Assembly (NCBI GenBank): GCA_053919585.1
Contig: CM132783.1
Direction: 5' to 3' (one strand)
From: Euprymna scolopes
Taxonomy: Eukaryota
DNA length: 64,000 nt
Shown here: in pieces, positions 38,382-50,976 of the stretch
Layout of the letters: every line of letters begins with the position of its first letter
Position numbering within the stretch: the first letter of the stretch is position 1
Program-made: the position numbers and the translations under genes
The notes under the pieces: generated by a model
What the model was told of the DNA's origin: nothing
Databases searched by the model: none
Seen by the model: the letters and a program-made list of their open reading frames with translations, nothing else

Positions 38382-39421
38382 TTAGCCAGGATCTGTTTTG
38401 ATATTTTTTTCTTTGATTATTATTTTCCCTATGCTAGGGGCTAAATGGTAGAAGCCTTTTCTTTGCGTAATAGTATCAGTATTTAATATTAGTGCTGATT
38501 CTAAAAATCCTCTTTTAGCTCTATCTATCACGTATTTAATAATTTTCGCTTGATCTAAATTAAATGAGTGATCGTGTTCTGCACAATGGCAAAAGAGTGC
38601 ATTTAGGGCGTTACCATTCCTTATATCTCTTCTATGTTCGTAAAGTCTTAATTTCAATTTTCGCTGTGTTTCACCTATGTACGCTTGTTGACAGTTGTTA
38701 CATGGGATAGAATATATACCGGCATCGGATGTGAGGGTTTTGGGAGAGTGCTTGGTAGTTTTTAATGTCTGTTTTATTGTTGTGGAAGTTGTTTGTATCA
38801 AGTGAAAACCAAGTCTATTAAGAGTGTCGTAGATTTTTGTATTTTTGGTGTGGGTGGGAATGAAAAGATGTGTGTGAGGTATTTGTTTTATTTTTCTGTC
38901 TATTTATGTTATAGTGTATTTTCGTAGCTTTTTTCTTTGCATAAGAAATGAAATAGGATGGATACTCTAGTTTTCTTAAAACATTCGTAATATATTGAAA
39001 TTCATCATTAAGATATTGGGGACTGCATATTCTAAAGGCACGCAAGAAAAAACTAATAATCATGCCAGTCTTTATTTTATCATTGTGGTGCGAGTAGTAA
39101 TAAATATAATCGTTTTTGTGTGTGGTCTTTCTATGTACTTTGAAACTCAGATCGGTTTCTGATCTGATGAAGAGTATGTCTAGAAAAGCTAGGGAGTGGT
39201 CTTGTTCGGATTCATGTGTAAATTTTATAGATGGTTCCACTGAATTTAATTTATTTCTAATTTGTTCTATTTGTGTGTGTTTTAGGGAGAAAAATAAGAA
39301 TGACATCTATATATCTAAAATATGTGGAGTTGTTAGGAAGTCTGTGTTTAAAAGAGTTGGCTTCTAAGAATTCTAAGAATAAGCAGGCTAGTACACCACT
39401 AAGGGGGTTACCCATAACCAT
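38382..39421 (-). pseudogene. Penelope RT C-terminal half plus GIY-YIG endonuclease (frameshifted)
   Basis: ORFs 38818-39306 and 38382-38801 plus upstream RT motifs. The catalytic YIDD reads YIDV. Confidence 0.88.
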
Positions 39422-39703
39422 TTAACCCCTAGCATAGGGAAAATAATAATCAAAGAACAAGATATCAAAACAGATCCTGGCTAACCGTTTTTCCTTAAAT
39501 ATTTCAACAAAATGAATAAGTTTACAGGAGAAAAAAATGTACATATTTATTTTAACGCATTTTTAAAAGTGTATATATAGACATCGAACAACCCAACCTT
39601 CCCATACGCACAAATGTTTGTCCTTCTCGACATGGTTAGGATTCAAAAACTGTTCTCTTTTTCGTATGATCTATGACTTTTTCTTTTCTTGCATTTTTAC
39701 TTC

Positions 39704-39750
39704 AATATCCTGAAGATGTCCTCTGAAATAAGGACGAAACGTTGATTATT
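39704..39750 (+). ncRNA. Minimal hammerhead motif in the Penelope pLTR (mirror copy at 38134-38180, minus strand)
   Basis: ATC-CTGAAGA-T-GTCCT..AGGAC-GAAAC-GTT-GAT. Confidence 0.7.
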
Positions 39751-39828
39751 TTAATAATTTCATACGATTTTTCTATTTTTCTCAAAACATAACGTCAACC
39801 ACCGCTGGCATTTTTACATTTCTTATAC

Positions 39829-39904
<76 letters not shown>

Positions 39905-40171
39905 CTGAAGCTTTCAAAGTTGATAAGCATTTAGTTAGTTAAGATTTATTCTGTATATTTTGATAAATAAAACATATGTTAAAATATTCTTTGGTTTTGG
40001 AATTGAGCTATGCTTGGAAGAGAAATAAATTTTAATAGTTCTAATTAGTAGTAATTTGATTTTACTTACCTATATAAATATATCCCACGTTCCGTTGCCT
40101 TACGCCTAGCAGCTTTACTCCAAAATTCATAAAAATCACTTAATTAGTTTATGAATGAAATGTGCATATAA

Positions 40172-40952
40172 CTTATATATATATATATAATATAAAGCTG
40201 AATGCCTGTGTGTGTATGTGTGTGTGTCTGGTTACGAATAGGCTCCTATACGCTTGACTATTTTAAACAACTGATTACATATAATGATAGAAGACGTATC
40301 GAGACACAGAAATGGGTATGTTTGATCTGGCAGAACGGTGGTTCATTAAAATTGTGGGGTCTGTGTTCGCACCTGATCCACAAAGTATGGAAATAAAAAA
40401 TTTAAAAATTTAAAAAAAAATGTTTACAAGTGTTTCTGATATAGATGTACATAAGAATACTTTGATAAGCATGTTTTAACTTAAATAGGGATAGTTTAAT
40501 AAAATTCTGGGGTCTATGTTCGCGCCTGGCCTCTATGAATGGAGATAGGCACAAACTTTAATAAAGACTTTTCATATCTATCTGCGTAAGTATACTTTGA
40601 TAATTATGTTTCAGTTTGAAGAAATATAGTATAATAAAATTATGGGGTGTTCGTTCGCACCTAACCTCCATAGAATGGAAATATGTCACAAAGCTTAACA
40701 AGGTTTTTTAATTATAGATCCACAGAATATTGTGATAAGTGTTTCAGTGTGAACAGGTATGGTATAATAAATTATGGGGTTTATCTATTTTATTTTTACT
40801 TTCATCATATTTTTCTTTGGTTTTGATACCCCCAAATTCGAAGCTATCTCTTTACAAACCTTCCTTTTCATAACCTATGATACTTTCATAAATCAGAATC
40901 CATTTTCTGTAGGCTGTTTTTGAACCCAGTCAACGAAGGGTACTTTTGCTAG
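40172..40952 (+). mobile_element. Non-autonomous Helitron with internal minisatellite (about 135-150 bp unit)
   Basis: 5' (TA)n-ATAAAGCTGAATGCCTG(TG)n and 3' ACCCAGTCAACGAAGGGTACTTTTGCTAG|T. AAATT.TGGGGT recurs near 40349, 40502, 40637 and 40769. Confidence 0.78.
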
Positions 40953-40962
40953 TATATATATA

Positions 40963-40995
<33 letters not shown>

Positions 40996-41112
40996 GTGTA
41001 ACTATTGGATTAGATACGATTTCTTACTGCGCCCTGCAGGTTACATGTCCCAAGCTCATGAAACCTAAAGCATGACATACTCATTTAATAATGCATACTA
41101 CTAAAACACACA

Positions 41113-41146
<34 letters not shown>

Positions 41147-41415
41147 TGCTCCCAATCTTAGATTGAGCATATTGGGAAATGATATACAAATTACCATTAG
41201 CGTATTAAGCGATGCTCTTTATGTAAACAAATTGAGCTTAGGTATTTGAACAATGTCAAAACATTGTATATTCACTGCCTATATAGCAGTAGCCGAATAG
41301 TGCAGCAGTTAGAAGCTCCGACTGTGTTTTGGGCGGTCGGGTTTCGATCCTGGTTTGAGGTAGTTGCTTGTCTTGCCGCACTGATGGGCTGTGAAACAGC
41401 ACTGTATGTGGATGA

Positions 41416-41418
<3 letters not shown>
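41147..41418 (+). mobile_element. Second family B copy (mutated hammerhead), flanked by (TA)n on both sides
   Basis: Collinear with 8490-8767. The core is changed to CTGATGG and one GAAACAG unit is lost. Confidence 0.85.
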
Positions 41419-41456
<38 letters not shown>

Positions 41457-42002
41457 CAAGCACGTCTGATTGAACACGTCATAGTTCTTTTTTTCCGATC
41501 TTGTTGGTCTTTTTTATTTTGGCTGGCATGTTGTATATTATGGCGTCCAAAAGTTGTTGTTCGGCCATATTCTTCTCAAATGCTTTCTATTGGTACATCC
41601 GATCGCCGTCAGGAGCGATTGTTGTTGCTGTAGTTTTCTTTTTCTTTATTGGGGCTTGGTGTATTTATAGTTGTTTTTCTATTTTTGGTTTTTATTATTG
41701 GTTATAAAAGGAGGGTGCAGGATGGGTAAGGGCGAATTATTTTTATTATTAATTTTTATTTTCTTATTTCATATTTTATTTATTTAGTTTATTTATTGTT
41801 AGTTATTGAATACACTTAGAATATTTGTCCCGATATTAAATGAGATCCGATTAATAAGAGGCTGTATTTATATATTTTTTTTAATTAGTATGGCTTCTAG
41901 TAATTTTAGTCTTCCTGTGCAAAAAAGACCGCTCGGCAAATTGAAAAGATATCCGACAAAATCGGACAAAAAAGAATCTGTCGTGTTTGAATAATGACTT
42001 GC

Positions 42003-42070
<68 letters not shown>

Positions 42071-42426
42071 TTAAGGTAGTTTTCTTGAAACATTGCTGAT
42101 AAATATAATATAAGTGTATTAGAAAGCTATAGCAATATGGGTTACCGGTGTGAGAAGGGATCTGGAAAATAAACAAAAAGAGACAAACAGGTGGAAATCT
42201 ATTAGGATCGTGAAATACTGTAAGTATTTATTTTTCTAAGTCGCATATAACATCATATATAAAAATCAGTAAATGGGGACTTACTATATATTTTCACTTG
42301 AAACATTCATCATTTTTCACACTTTATTTATTTTTGAAAAAGGGATGTTTTCCCGAAATAACAAAGACACCAAGTATCCTGCCCCCAAATAGTCTATGTT
42401 TGTTCATTTTCCACAACGCTATAGTC

Positions 42427-42495
<69 letters not shown>

Positions 42496-42619
42496 GTGTG
42501 ATAAACATGAGCAAAGTTTCAGTAAAATATATTTAAAGGTGCTGTGCTCTGAGTATTGCAGTTATGATAAGCTCTATATGTATAATTGCTTAGAGCTATA
42601 TAAATAGAAACGGTGAGGG

Positions 42620-42897
42620 ATTGATAATTGTAAAATTATCAATCAATTTTTCATAGCAGGACACATAAAATAATGTTTATTTGTGCGACCGTTTCAGAAA
42701 TTATATCCTTTTATTCAGGTTGTCTTCTCTTCCCACTCTCATTCCATTTATATTGATGAGGAGAAATACTTTACTTATTTCTCGATGGTTTTATTTGTAA
42801 ATGTCGAATGAATAAAAGGTTATCGTGTCCGAAACGATCGTACATATAAACATGATTTTGTTATGTTTCCTCCTAGATTAGTAATTTTACAATTAAT
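42620..42897. mobile_element. Short fold-back element with decayed hammerhead-like cores (Penelope-type remnant)
   Basis: Arms 42620-42720 and 42805-42897 are inverted. Each has (C)TGAATAAAAGG..GAAACG(G/A)TCG. Confidence 0.5.
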
Positions 42898-42907
42898 AAT
42901 GCCTTAT

Positions 42908-42988
<81 letters not shown>

Positions 42989-43456
42989 CTTATCAGATTA
43001 TATGCTTTCTCGGACTTACTATACACAAATAAAATATAGAATTTATTTCTCTCACATTTAAAATTACTGTAATAGTAGCTGCATGGATAAGGATGTTGGA
43101 CTGTACTTTACTTACAGTATCATATTCAAAATACTGGTTATAATTGATTGCATATATAATGCTTACAAATGTCATATCAGTTACCTAATATGAAGGATTC
43201 TGCAGTTGTGAGTGTCGTAACAGTAGTTGAAAGTAAAGAGAGTGTTCTCAACTCGACACAACGAAATAATTATTGTAATTACCTGTATTCATTGACCAAT
43301 TTAAATTAAATCATAACAGTTAATTCTCAACATTTATAAATGTCACTGTTCTGAACCAACTTTGGAATTTTAACCATTTATTATAATAATAACAAGACTG
43401 TTTTGCTGTCTTTTGTGAACAGATATATTCAGAGAGAAAAAACATTAATAAAAAGA

Positions 43457-44868
43457 ACCAATAAGTCTCATGTGCGTCATGAGTAAGTTGCTGAAAGCTG
43501 TGTTAAATAGAAAAGTAATCAATCATCTCAGCAAAAATAACCTTCTTAGTGACACGCAATATGGTTTCCGTTCTGCTACAGCAGATGTGCTTACCGTAAT
43601 ATCTAATAAGATTAGCGAATCTCTCCATGGAGGCAACCTTTCTAGGGAAATTGCTCTTCACATATCAAACGCCTTTGATAGAGTATGGCATAAAGGTTTA
43701 CTTCACAAGATCTCCAGCTATGGTATAGCTGAAAATTTCTTCTCAACTATTAAATCATTTCTCTCTGATAGGTTCATAAGAATAGTAGTTGATGGGCAGA
43801 AATCAGAAGCTTTCAGTATTAATGCTGGAGTCCGTCAGGGGTCCATCCTGGGCCCAACTCCTTTCCTGATCTACATTAATGATCTTCCAAATCACATCCT
43901 TGCATCATTCATAGACATTTATGCTGATGACACGACCATCTATGGTAGCACATCTAAGACCGTAAACGACCAAATTCTCTCATATTCTCTCTCCTCTGAT
44001 CTTGAGCACGTGGTACAATAGGGAAAGAGGTGGCTTGTTACTTTTAATGCATCTAAAACCAAGCTTTTATCTTTACATCATCAACATTCTGATCCCCATC
44101 TGGCATCAATTGAAATGAATGGCTCTCGTCTTGGAGAGGTGTCATGTTTTGACAAGCTTCTGGGCTTGACCTTTACTCCTAATCTTAAATGGAATATGTA
44201 CATCAAATCTGTTGCCAAGGCCGCTGGGAAAATGGTGGGATCCTTTTATCGATCCAGTAGATATCTCACTGCTGATGCAATTCTCTATCTATATAAGAGC
44301 CAGGTACATCCAAGGATGGAGTACTGTTGCTACATCTGGGCAGGAGCTGCTAGAAAGGACTTATCCTACCTTGATAGAGTTCAAAATAGACTTCGTAGCC
44401 TCGTAGGAGATATCCTTTTCTCTTTCCTTGCAACTTCTATCTCATAGAAGAGATGTTGCGAGTTTGCCTCTGCTTTATCGTTATTTTCATTGCAAGTGCT
44501 CGATTGAACTTCAACCTGTGGTCCTCCCTCGCCAAACTTTCACAAGAAACACTCGTCTAACTGAAAACACTATCAATAATTCCCCCCACTCTTTATCTGT
44601 GCCTAAACCTAAACGTAGATTCCATGAACAAAGCTTCTTTCTTAGAAGTGCACGCCTGTGGAACTGTCTTCCGTTTTCCTGCTTTCCGGCTGACTACAAT
44701 ATGGTTGTCTTCAAGTCCAAAGTAAACAAGTTCTTGATGAGCTGTTCCACTTAAGTTAACAAATTTACCGAATTTCCATTACTAACGATTACTATATTGC
44801 CCAATTGACTACTGTACACTCTTATCTCTTATCCTCAAGTGGTGATGCCTATGTAAAAAAAGAAAAAG
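43457..44868 (+). mobile_element. CR1/L2-group LINE, 5'-truncated, RT pseudogene
   Basis: ORFs 43470-44021, 44115-44447 and 44428-44754 are successive pieces of the 51377-53086 protein (QGSILGP, YADD), with a stop and a frameshift. A-rich tail. Confidence 0.95.
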
Positions 44869-44913
44869 TTAAACTCCCATTGGAAAACATTACAATTTGT
44901 GGCTAATTAGTTA

Positions 44914-45235
44914 TATCAATAATTCCCCCCACTCTTTATCTGTGCCTAAACCTAAACGTAGATTCCATGAACAATGCTTCTTTCTTAGAACTACACACCT
45001 GTGGAACTGTGTTCTGTTTTCCTGCTTTCCAGCTGACTACAATCTGATTGTCTTCAAGTCCAACATAAACAAGTTCTTGATGAGCTGTTCCACTTAAGTT
45101 AACAAATTTACCGAATTTCCATTACTAACGATTACTATATATTGCCCAATTGACTACTGTACACTCTTAACTCTTATCCTCGAGTGGTCTCTGGGCCTTG
45201 ATAAGTGGTGATACCTATGAAAAAGAAAAAAAAAA
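44914..45235 (+). mobile_element. Tandem duplicate of the LINE 3' end
   Basis: Near-identical to 44571-44868, with its own A tail. Confidence 0.92.
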
Positions 45236-46013
45236 CTTTCAAAAGATTCGGCATCTTCCTAGTCGTTGATCATGAAAGTTGAAATAATATATAAAAAGTG
45301 AAGACTTGAGGCTTTTCCTCGAGAACAAAATTTACTTAGATCTCTTATATACAAACTAGGCACTGGTTCGGTTGGAGGAGTGCTGCAGCGATTTTATTAA
45401 TGCATGCATGTATAGAAAGCAATGGAAATTCATTAGGGATCTTTACAATGATACGGTACTTCTCTGTGGCTATAGAATCCGGTGTGCAATTAGCATAATA
45501 CACAATCTTCTCGTCTGCTACAGACGCATGTTGCCTTTGATGCCTTGTCTGCATCTTGGATACACTTTTCGGTCGGCACCGTTGAAGAGTTCTTTTATTC
45601 ACCAACATCAATCTAGTCACTTAACCTCGTTGAAATTACCAACGTATGTCCGCACGAAGACGACAAGAAATGTCTATTCTTCGGATTCTGCTGTTAACTC
45701 TTTCATCATCTAGCATATTCATTTAATAGCTTTCAGTATTGTATATCTGAAAGTATAGATGTATCCTAGATTTATGATAATATTTATGTATTTTATGTTT
45801 GCTTATAAGCGAATACTCTTTTTATTGCTTTGACGCTTCTTTTCATGAATCGAGATATCTTTTTAAGATTCGAACTGTCTCTTTAAGCGCAATTATTTGA
45901 ATCTCTTCTGGACTTGGTTCATCGAGTATATTCGTCAGGTAGTTTAATCTTTTTTTTTCATGAGCCCAGGTACTTAATTATTGTAATGATCGAGATCTAA
46001 ATATTCCATTTTC

Positions 46014-46231
46014 TTTTCATGTCGTATATAAGACTTTACTATTTAGTTGTTTTCATGTCGTACATAAGACTTTGCTATTTAGTTATTTTCATGTCGTACA
46101 TAAGACTTCACTATTTAGTTATTTTCATGTCGTACATAAGACTTTGCTATTTAGTTATTTTCATGTTGTACATAAGACTTTACTATTTAGTTGTTTTCAT
46201 GTCGTACATAAGACTTTGCTATTTAGCTATC
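46014..46231. repeat. 36-bp minisatellite x6
   Basis: Unit TTTTCATGTCGTACATAAGACTTTGCTATTTAGTTA. Confidence 0.95.
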
Positions 46232-47176
46232 TTCACCTCAGCTCTGTTTAAGCTCAGTTAAAGCTATGGAAATTGACTTCAACTAGGGTTGCAACTTTTT
46301 TCCTTTTATCCTATACCACTATGTCAGGTTTAACAGCTTTTATCCCATACAATATGTCCGGTTTAGTCTCGTGTTGTAGATATATAGCTGTAGAGACTGC
46401 ATAATCATAGTGGATGATGTATGACTAATTTCCAACAGGATTTGTTGCTACACTTGATATTCTATATTTTATATATGTGCGTGTTTGAATCGGTTGATGA
46501 TTAAAACTTTTAGTATTACATTCTCCAAAAATCGATGAGCTACAATGATTATCTAACGCATGAAATCATATCAGGACACAGGGGCCATACACATGCCTAT
46601 ATACATAAAAACACATGCAAATTCCTATGCCTCAGGACTGTTGATATTTAAGTTTTCCCCATATAATGTATTTTCCTGTGTTCGGACCGTTCCATTCAAT
46701 TCAATGTCCCTCGCTATCTCCTACTTTTTTCCCCATCAGCCAACAAATCGCTGGCGATTTACGTCAATAAACTGAAGACTCTTGTACCCATATCAATTCA
46801 GCAGGCTTTCTAGAATTCTTCCCGAGTTTCAAAAGAACTCTGAAGTGGAAATCCTTCTCAACAGAAAGTGAAAACGCCTTAAGTGAGACACTTGACCGTT
46901 ATCATGGCTAGGGCAAATCAAAACGCAAAAAAGCGGAGAAATGCTTCAGTGTGATAGCTACGATATGCATGTGACTGTGTAACATGAACGTATTACAGTA
47001 TAGATATGAAAGCGAGCACAGTCATACAGGCCCTAATGTGAAGAGACAAGTTGAATATAATCATAAATTTGCACATACCAAAATACTTACACACATGGAC
47101 AATAGTTGTATTGTGGTGGTTTCATGCGTGTATAAAATAGTGCTCAATAACAAGTAGAGCTAGATTATTATATGAA

Positions 47177-47346
47177 TTTTCTTTATTTATACAAGCATAT
47201 GTGCATATATGTTTAAACTGATTTCCTTTTCGAAATACAGTCATTTGCATTTGAAAGTGACCTGAAGACATTTGCTTTCCAATGAAATTACAGCTAAATC
47301 ATGTATGCACATATGTAGCGAATAGGGTTTGTATGAATAAAGAAAA
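47177..47346. mobile_element. Short fold-back element with a hammerhead-like core
   Basis: TTTTCTTTATTTATACAA..CATATGTGCATATATG is inverted against CATGTATGCACATATG..TTGTATGAATAAAGAAAA. Inside is CTGAAGA-CATT..AATGAAA. Confidence 0.5.
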
Positions 47347-47666
47347 CCAATACAACTATATATTATATACGTAGTTGTATCATTGTTTTATATCTATAGA
47401 TATATGGATGTTTTCTGATAAAGAAAAGGATTCGTCTCAAGCAAACCTGGTTTTTATTTACAAAATAACATCTTCTTCAAAGTCAGTACGAAACCTTAAT
47501 AATAACAACGAAGTCTGATTCCTATAGACATATGAATCATCTAATTTACAGAAAAAGATCCGACTTATTTCGAGTATTTTTTAAAAGAAAAAACATCCAT
47601 GTTCTTCCTTTGATACATGTAAGGAATACATCTTACAATCTGACATAGTTCAATCTTAGAGAGTTC

Positions 47667-47714
<48 letters not shown>

Positions 47715-47897
47715 TTTTTAAAATAAACGACGAAACAGGTGTCAGTAGATACTTATATTTTAAAAATAATATATATGCTGCTCCCCATGTAGAGGTACCA
47801 AATTGATTAAAGGAAAAATTATTCCCAACTTGCATTTAGGTAAAAATGCACTTTCTTAAATAATTGAATTCATCCAAAACTTATCGCAAAAAATAAA

Positions 47898-48711
47898 NNN
47901 NNNNNNNNNNNNNNNNNNNNNNNNNNNNNNNNNNNNNNNNNNNNNNNNNNNNNNNNNNNNNNNNNNNNNNNNNNNNNNNNNNNNNNNNNNNNNNNNNNNN
48001 NNNNNNNNNNNNNNNNNNNNNNNNNNNNNNNNNNNNNNNNNNNNGAATACAACTAAATATGCATCAAGCTGGATTTAATCGAGAGCGAAAAGACTTCAGA
48101 ATGAACAGACGTTTGTTGATCTGTATCTATCACACCTAAATAAAAGTTGATCGATATACAAAATAGAGCAAATAAATCAAATTTTAGTCGTTCAATGAAT
48201 TTAAAAATTTATGACGTGAAATGTTTAAATTTCAAATCAAAAGATTTTTATTATTCTATGTAAGACAAGTCATAAATTTTTAANNNNNNNNNNNNNNNNN
48301 NNNNNNNNNNNNNNNNNNNNNNNNNNNNNNNNNNNNNNNNNNNNNNNNNNNNNNNNNNNNNNNNNNNNNNNNNNNNNNNNNNNNNNNNNNNNNNNNNNNN
48401 NNNNNNNNNNNNNNNNCTTTAAAACTATATAACAAATAACGTTTATTCTCAAATTTTTTATTCAAAAACTTTTTAGCGTTTCAGTAAATTAATGTCCTGT
48501 AATTAATTCATTGGTTTGCTTTCAAGAATTTCTGCTGATGTTAATATTATTGTAANNNNNNNNNNNNNNNNNNNNNNNNNNNNNNNNNNNNNNNNNNNNN
48601 NNNNNNNNNNNNNNNNNNNNNNNNNNNNNNNNNNNNNNNNNNNNNNNNNNNNNNNNNNNNNNNNNNNNNNNNNNNNNNNNNNNNNNNNNNNNNNNNNNNN
48701 NNNNNNNNNNN
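47898..48711. other. Three assembly gaps or masked runs (47898-48044, 48284-48416, 48556-48711)
   Basis: Runs of 147, 133 and 156 N. Confidence 0.98.
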
Positions 48712-49614
48712 TCCAAGATATTCAAAGAATATTAATTGGAATTTCAAATATTTCAATCAATTCCGGGATATAAATATTCTAACGTGTCCTCTCTACATGT
48801 TTCCGAGATTAAAGCTTTATTTATTACTGAAATTAATTTATTGCAAAATGTTCAATAATTAAATACTTTTCCTTATAAAAATATTTGTAATATTAGTAAA
48901 GTGCAAGCTCTATTGTAAGAAACACGTTCATATTCCACAACTTATTCAAAGAACAATTATTTACTGAATAAAAATGAGTTTAAGATTAATTCTGAATATC
49001 TAATATTTAAACACATTATTCATTGTTTAGGATCGATTAAGCCAGGTTTCATCAGAGGTGGGTTTGGTTTTCAGTGTTATTATGTACTAATTTGGAAATC
49101 CAGTGGCGACTCATTCTTCAAAGAGTCTATTATATAAAGGACACTTACATGTGTGTATGTATGTCTAGCTAGAGGGCTGAACGGAGAAAAAAGAGGGGGT
49201 GGGGAGAGAAAGACAGGGAAATTTTAACAGAAATAGTTAACAGAAAAGACGACGAAAGCTAGCCTTTCCAGTTTTTAATAAAAAATTTTTTTATACGTAT
49301 TCATTATGTTGGATGAGTTCAAAATAATGATTATCACAGGGAGTAAACAAGAGTAGCTACAGTCAGGCTAAGATAATTGCATTTGTCGAATTTATCGATT
49401 GATACCATTAAACAACTTTTCTAAATAATGAATTCTGCCTATATCATCATATCTAGCTTCCTAACTTGGATAAGTTTGTCTGTTAAGACTTCCATGTTAC
49501 CGAGGATCTAAGGATTTTCATGTTTCATTACTGGATCCGCTTTTGTATTTGTACCTTGTCTGCATTTCAAAGTGCAGTTGTTTACATGGTTCTCAGGCAA
49601 CCACCTTCCTACAC

Positions 49615-49760
49615 AATTATGCTTGTTTTTCTATTTCTCATGAGCTAGTTTGATACATTCACTTATTATGGGATTTACCATTTCGTCTCTCTGTCCACAG
49701 AGACTAAATTTACTCTTTTCCTGAGTGTTATAAATCTTGACCTTTACGTAGTTTGATTTC
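49615..49760 (-). mobile_element. R4/Dong-type (RLE-encoding) non-LTR fragment, CCHC region
   Basis: KSNYVKVKIYNTQEKSKFSLCGQRDEMVNPIISECIKLAHEK resembles the CRLC..ETI.HI.S.C..LA motif that precedes the RLE nuclease. Confidence 0.7.
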
Positions 49761-49964
49761 TCGATGATGTACAAATATTGCTTAAACTTAGTTTGCACAG
49801 TATGAATGCAAGATTAATGTAATCCAACAAAGCGACACTTGTACATCTACAAAGCAACTGTTAGCCTATGCATAAAGTAATGTTGCCACATCTGGGCTGG
49901 TGCATCTACCATTAGTCTCTCCCTCTTAGATAGGGTCCAAAAAAACCCTAAAAAAAAACTCTTC

Positions 49965-50300
49965 AATCTAATAGGTCCACTTTGTTAATTAAGCTCTGAC
50001 CTCTGTCCCATCGTGACATTTTTGCATCTCTGTGCCTGTTTTACAAGTATTTTGATGGCATTTGCTCTAATGAACTCATTGCACTTGTGCCTGTTCGACG
50101 TACAAACCTGCTTAGCAACAAAATCACATCACTTCACTGTTGAGGTCCCTAAATGTCAGGAAAATTTCTACTCTAATAGTTTCTTCCCATGAACAGCTAG
50201 ACTTTGAAATTCCCTTCCTGTTACCTGCTTCCCTGACTTTACTGATATGCAGAAGTTTAAATGTAATGTAAAGTAACATCTTATTAATCTTTTCTAGGTA
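49965..50300 (+). mobile_element. 3' fragment of a related CR1/L2-group LINE
   Basis: LSHRDIFASLCLFYKYFDGICSNEL..RKNFYSNSFFP*TARL*NSLP matches the LINE C-terminus. Confidence 0.75.
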
Positions 50301-50925
50301 TGATCTCAAATAAATAAGAGTAACAATCAAGCCGACAATTGATGTGGGATCATGGGATAGTAGACTAAGTTGCAGTACTGCCCAATGGAAATATGGAGAA
50401 AGTCTGTTGATAAGATTGGATGTGCGTGTCGGATCTCTTTCACTCTTCTGTTTTGAATACGAAACAATTTCGATTGGCCACATTTCAGAGATCATTCTCA
50501 TCGACAATTGATCTCAATGGGGATAGCTAATATGTGTTTATTCCAAATCACCGAGTTAATAATGAACTGGAACTGATCATTTATCCCTTGGATATTGATG
50601 GTTGGCTGGAAAATAACTGATGTCTCTGCCTTGGCTGGCTATGTAAGCATCCGGGCAGAGAAATAGGCGATTATAGGTCAATAGAAACACCTAATGTTCA
50701 CAGAATAAATTAATAATGACAAGCCAAGTGAGATTTGCTTTACACTGGGATCGAAAGTGATCGACAAATGTGTCATTATTACACTGAAAACCACATAGAG
50801 ATTAAAATCTTGTTTGACTGAATACTTGAAATTATCTTATACATTTAGATATATCCAAACATGTATTTATCTACATATACTTATACGATTTATATACATA
50901 GATCAAATAATTCCTCTATTATATA

Positions 50926-50976
<51 letters not shown>

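Larger units (their letters stand above)
38095..39789 (-). mobile_element. Penelope-like element, 5'-truncated, with inverted pseudo-LTR
   Basis: RT (MGNPLSGVLACLF, YFRYID, IKFTHE..LAFLD..VHRKTTH) and GIY-YIG (GIYSIPCNNCQQAYIGETQRKLKLRLYEH). Arms 38095-38449 and 39418-39789 are near-identical inverted repeats. Confidence 0.93.

Noticed and set aside
46014-46261. 36-bp repeat as a CRISPR array or repeat-protein gene
   Set aside because: Units are contiguous with no unique spacers, there are no cas genes, and the context is eukaryotic. The ORF is a by-product of a unit length divisible by 3.
46670-46810. Minus-strand IDVNRQR..LNGTVR resembling a YWTD exon
   Set aside because: Two in-frame stops and no matching splice donor.
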